Origin: Thermoplasmata archaeon
Lineage (GTDB): Archaea; Thermoplasmatota; Thermoplasmata; RBG-16-68-12; JAFNFQ01
DNA length: 64,000 bases
Assembly (NCBI GenBank): GCA_041489255.1
Contig: JBGPQV010000008.1
Coordinates: 1 to 64,000, forward strand
Reading direction: 5' to 3'
The translations under genes and the position numbers were made by a program. The stretch's first letter is position 1. The number at the start of each line of letters is the position of its first letter. The notes beneath the pieces are model-generated. The model ran no database searches and was not told where the DNA came from. It worked only from the letters and a program-made list of their open reading frames with translations. Of the stretch, positions 60,379-64,000 are shown one piece after another.

Positions 60379-60838
60379 ACATGATTAGCCCAAACCTTCA
60401 TGATACGGTCAACGATTCGGGAGACAAAGGAAGGGGGTGAAATGCGACGGCGGAATCTGACTTGGCGATTGTGCTGGTTCTGGTGATAATCCTGGAAGGC
60501 ATCTGGCTTGCGGGACTCACGTACCTCATGTGGAGACGTAGCCTCAAGAAGCCGAGGCAGGGGAAAAAGGAAGAACCTCCGGCGCAGGCGACCTAGGGTT
60601 CCCTGACACGCGTTCGGAATGCGGCCTCGGCGCTGCAAAGCTGGATGCTGAAGATGGCCACAACCTCATAGCCATCGGGGTAACCAATCGACCGACCCGC
60701 CAATTGTCCCGCTTTGAGCCAGGTTGCCCTCTGCACTCTTTCTTCATGCGGGCGGCCATCATGTCATCGAAACCATCATATAGTCAATAAGGGCAGAGTA
60801 ATGTCTTTGCGGTGACGAACCGCAGAAGGACATAACGT

Positions 60839-61306
60839 ATGAGAAAGAGCTGGATGATCCGAAAGGATCTGGAAGGTGTGTCTCCGGTGATAGGCACCAT
60901 CTTGATGGTGGCAATCACCGTGGTGTTGGCAGCCGTGTTGTACGCGATGGTGGCGACGCCGCCGGCCCAGCAGGAGAACCCGATGGTAGGGCTCGTGGAG
61001 CAGGAGACGGGCGGGAACTGGACCCTGCTCGTGAGTTCTGTCAGGGGTCAGGTCCCGCTGGACACGACGACCCTCTCAATCAAGAACAAGGATGGGGCCG
61101 TCATGTACCCGATGTCGGCTGTGCCACTGTCTCAGCTGACTGCGCAGAATTGGGCGACCTACAAGGTGATCTACCAGAAGCAGAAGCTCAGCGACACTTC
61201 CGTGACGTCGGGTTCGTCCATACTGATCGACAGGGCGGGGTATCCACACGGATGCAGCTACGTCCTTGCGACCGCGAACAACATAGTCGCGATGGGCGCT
61301 CTGTAG
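60839..61306 (+). CDS. archaeal type IV pilin
   Basis: LEG|VSPVIGTILMVAITVVLAAVLY. Confidence 0.9.
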   Translation: MRKSWMIRKDLEGVSPVIGTILMVAITVVLAAVLYAMVATPPAQQENPMVGLVEQETGGNWTLLVSSVRGQVPLDTTTLSIKNKDGAVMYPMSAVPLSQLTAQNWATYKVIYQKQKLSDTSVTSGSSILIDRAGYPHGCSYVLATANNIVAMGAL

Positions 61307-61316
61307 AGAGCGCCCC

Positions 61317-61333
61317 TTTTCTCTTTTTCTCTT
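61317..61333 (+). terminator. oligo-T terminator after pilin 3
   Basis: TTTTCTCTTTTTCTCTT after the stop codon. Confidence 0.55.
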
Positions 61334-61342
61334 GACTTTCGC

Positions 61343-61597
61343 CTACCCAGTCCACTTGAAGTCCTCGATCGGCATCGACAGGGAGGTCTTGGTCTCCGCC
61401 ACGCGCCCGAACTGGAAGGTGAAGTCTGCGGCGGTCGAGGCGTCTGGCGCCTCGAATATCACGAGCGCGTCCGGCTTGCCCAGCAGCCCCAGGAACTCGT
61501 GGATCATGATGTTGTTGGGGATCTTGGGGTGCCTGAACAGTCGCGTCGCTTCCTCGAATTGTCCCGGGATTATTGTCAGCTGTGCGATGAACAACAT
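61343..61597 (-). CDS. GYD-domain-like small protein
   Basis: LLGKPDALVIFEAPD, ferredoxin-like pattern, and ETKT. Confidence 0.65.
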   Translation of the reverse strand: MLFIAQLTIIPGQFEEATRLFRHPKIPNNIMIHEFLGLLGKPDALVIFEAPDASTAADFTFQFGRVAETKTSLSMPIEDFKWTG

Positions 61598-61631
61598 CTG
61601 GCCACCAATTCGACCAACGCCCGGCCTCTAT

Positions 61632-62120
61632 TTATGCTTTGGCGGGAGGCTTGTCCGCTTCTTTCTTCACGGGGAGACGGTGGACCTTGACCCTCAGGTA
61701 GTGCGCCTGCGCGACCGTCGAGCCGAGTATCCTGTCGGAGAGCCTCTGCCGCGGGTCTCCCTCTCCCGCCAGGCCGGCGAGCGCGTCGATCATCGGGAAG
61801 AGGTACCAGAAGAACTTGGGGACGCTCCGCACGAAGGCCATGGCGGGGGTCAGGTTCCCTCGCTCGGCCCTCACTTTCAGCCGGAGCAGCACCTTCCCGG
61901 GGGTCTGCCCGACGGCGGCCTCGGAGATCGCCGAGTAGAGGAAGAATGAGAAGCCAGACATCAGGCCGAACATGACCATCTCGGTGACGCCGAGCACGGT
62001 GAGAATTGCCCAAGTCAGGAGCAGCACGAGGACTGCGTCGACGATGAACGCGCAGATCCGCTTCAGCCAGTGTACCTGGAGGACCCTGGTTCGTCCTAGG
62101 AGATCGAATCCGTTCGTCAA
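61632..62120 (-). CDS. RDD family membrane protein
   Basis: KRICAFIVD, GQTPGKVLLRLKV and QRLSDRILGSTV motifs. Confidence 0.9.
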   Translation of the reverse strand: MTNGFDLLGRTRVLQVHWLKRICAFIVDAVLVLLLTWAILTVLGVTEMVMFGLMSGFSFFLYSAISEAAVGQTPGKVLLRLKVRAERGNLTPAMAFVRSVPKFFWYLFPMIDALAGLAGEGDPRQRLSDRILGSTVAQAHYLRVKVHRLPVKKEADKPPAKA

Positions 62121-62202
62121 GAGTGCACCCGATTGTCTTCATCAGGCGACCGATATAAGAATCTATCTCAGGAGGCCGCGCGGCAGTCCGCCATGAAGAA
62201 GT

Positions 62203-62260
62203 GCCACTCAGATCGCCCATCACTCATCACGTTCAGCGTCGCTCTTCTCATCACGGTGGC
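62203..62260 (-). ncRNA. box C/D guide sRNA
   Basis: GCCAC-C-[GTGATGA]-GAAGAGCGACG-[CTGA]-AC-[GTGATGA]-GTGATGGGCGAT-[CTGA]-GTGGC. It has consensus C, D', C' and D boxes, 11-12 nt guides, a terminal stem, and lies in an intergenic region. Confidence 0.9.
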
Positions 62261-62403
62261 GGCGGTGCCATGCACCCCGCCGTTCTTAGGCTTTTCCGAA
62301 GGATTGGTGTCATGGCTGGCGGTCGGCAGGTCCCCTCGCGCGAGATGAAAAATGAAAAGTGAAAGGTGGAAGGCGGGTAGTACCGCCTTCCTTGATCGTC
62401 GGC

Positions 62404-64000
62404 CTACTTCTTTTGCGGCGGCGGTGCCACTGGCCTCTGGGCCGGGGGCGCCGGCTTTGCGGGAGCCGGAGCGGCCGGTCTTGCCGGTGGCGCCTGCCTC
62501 ATCGGCGGTGCCGGTGGGATCTCCTCGGGCGGGAGCTCCTCCTCGACCGGGGGCTTCTTGCGCCTCATCACGAGGAACAGCACAAGGGCCACAACGACGA
62601 TGATCACGATGATCAGGATGATCCACACCATGAGATCGCTCGCCGGGCTTGGCCCAGCCTTCTCGGTCCAAGTTGCCGTGATGCTCTTCGGTGCGTCCAT
62701 CGTGACCGTTGTCGCTGCTGTCGTAGCGGTCGAATCTCCTGTCCACGCGGTGAAGTCGTAGGTCTTGTCGCCAACGGTCGCCGGCGTGGTCACCGTCACT
62801 GTCGCGACGGCGCCCGCGTTGTACCATCCGTCTGTGTTGGTCTGGGTCGAATCGCCGCATGCGGTGGTGCCGCAGTTGGACGTCGCTGTCAGCTTGTACT
62901 GCACTTGCCAGCCTGCGGTGACGGTCTTGGGCGAATCCATTGTGATCGTCAACGGGCGAGTCGTCCCGGAGGCGTCGCCGGACCAGCTTGTGAAGACATA
63001 GCGCGTGTCAACAGTCACATCAGCCGGAGAGTCGAGCGTTATCGACGCCTGCGTCCCCGCCTGATACCAGCAGTTGGCGTTCGAGCATGTTGCGGTGCCG
63101 TGTGCCGTAGTCACCGTGATCTTGTACTGGGTGATCCAGTTCGCCGTGGCAGTCTTCGGCGCGTTCATCGAGCTGAAGGTGTAGGATGTCGAGATCCCGG
63201 AGGCGTCGCCGCTCCACAGCGAGAACACGTACTGGGTGTCCGTTACGCCGGGCCACGGTGACGTGACCGAGACGGTCGCAGCTGCGCCCTCGTTGTACCA
63301 GCAGTCCACGTTGCTGCACGCCAGGCCACCTAGGCCGGTGGGGCTCGCGGGTATCTGGCCGAGGGTGATCTTGTACTGCGGCTGGAAGTTCGCCATGAAC
63401 GAGTTGCTTGACAGAACCGTGTATGCCGCGTGGTTCGGGTTGGGGTTGCCGGACCAATCCTGGAAGACGTATTGCGTGGTGGCTCCACCCTGCGTGGTCT
63501 GAGTCACGTTGAACCAGTGGACGCTCATGAATTCCCACCAGAACGTCCTGAGTCCGTTTGCCGACACGAGCGTGTCGACCGTATAGTCCAGCGCAATCGG
63601 GCTCGTGTTCAGCGTGGTCTGGAACTCGTGGTGGCAGTAGGCGGTCTCGGTGATCGCGTCGTTCATTGTGACCGAGGCCGACTGACTTCCTCCAGTGTAG
63701 TTCCCCAGGCCGCTTCCAACCCATTTCCAGAACCTGTACTGCTCGCCAGCGGGCAGACCCGTCGGAGCAACCCAGTCGATGTTGACGGGGTCGCCCTTGA
63801 CGTGCCAGCCCGATGTCGGCGTCACTGAGCCCATGCAGGTGTTCGAGTCCAGGACCATGGTGAGATAATACTCAGCGGACCACATCGAGATGTATGTCCT
63901 GGGTTCGATGATCGGACCGATCGGTCTGATCTGCCTGAGATCGCCATCGCTCCACTGCAGGAACACGTACCTGCTGCCCGCGGAGGTCTGCGGAGTAAAC
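62404..64000 (-). CDS. large surface protein with tandem beta-sandwich repeats, C-terminal TM and Pro-rich tail (5' end beyond window)
   Basis: Repeated YVFxxWSGD...MDxPKTxTAxW units; TM LMVWIILIIVIIVVVALVLFLV followed by RRKK. Confidence 0.85.
   Translation of the reverse strand, partial: FTPQTSAGSRYVFLQWSDGDLRQIRPIGPIIEPRTYISMWSAEYYLTMVLDSNTCMGSVTPTSGWHVKGDPVNIDWVAPTGLPAGEQYRFWKWVGSGLGNYTGGSQSASVTMNDAITETAYCHHEFQTTLNTSPIALDYTVDTLVSANGLRTFWWEFMSVHWFNVTQTTQGGATTQYVFQDWSGNPNPNHAAYTVLSSNSFMANFQPQYKITLGQIPASPTGLGGLACSNVDCWYNEGAAATVSVTSPWPGVTDTQYVFSLWSGDASGISTSYTFSSMNAPKTATANWITQYKITVTTAHGTATCSNANCWYQAGTQASITLDSPADVTVDTRYVFTSWSGDASGTTRPLTITMDSPKTVTAGWQVQYKLTATSNCGTTACGDSTQTNTDGWYNAGAVATVTVTTPATVGDKTYDFTAWTGDSTATTAATTVTMDAPKSITATWTEKAGPSPASDLMVWIILIIVIIVVVALVLFLVMRRKKPPVEEELPPEEIPPAPPMRQAPPARPAAPAPAKPAPPAQRPVAPPPQKK

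Noticed and set aside
60440-60596. Small single-TM ORF between pilins 2 and 3
   Set aside because: The hydrophobic frame (from TTG 60462) is out of frame with the ATG that follows the SD. I cannot tell a real gene from a remnant, so it is not called.

Overview
This is a 64-kb archaeal chromosome segment, probably from a Thermoplasmata-like euryarchaeon. That assignment is an inference from the rpl44e-rps27e-aIF2alpha-nop10-PAC2 operon, Bud32, Dph6, DUF835/KaiC-like proteins, archaeal pilins and AGGTGA-type SD sites. The left part (about 1-38.5 kb) is largely accessory. It holds a defence-like cluster (HEPN protein, SIR2 protein, 950-aa TPR-HEPN protein, 5'-truncated C5 DNA methyltransferase), a 2788-aa signal-peptide-bearing RHS polymorphic toxin with a coupled immunity-like gene, an SBBP surface protein, and a pstSCAB-phoU-arsC operon with a divergent PhoU/AbrB regulator. 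A second defence island carries a complete TIR-APAZ + short prokaryotic Argonaute (SPARTA-type) operon, an IS6 remnant and a type IIG-like restriction-modification enzyme; this accessory tract ends at the 3' end of tRNA-Val. The right part (about 38.5-64 kb) is mostly housekeeping, with a KaiC-like ATPase trio next to three pilins. Features not in the ORF track include three tRNAs (Val-GAC; Glu-TTC with C55; Pro-TGG with a 28-nt D-loop intron), a box C/D guide sRNA, nop10, an array of about 24 palindromic 21-bp repeats, and several pseudogenes. All calls come from reading motifs by eye; no database searches were run.
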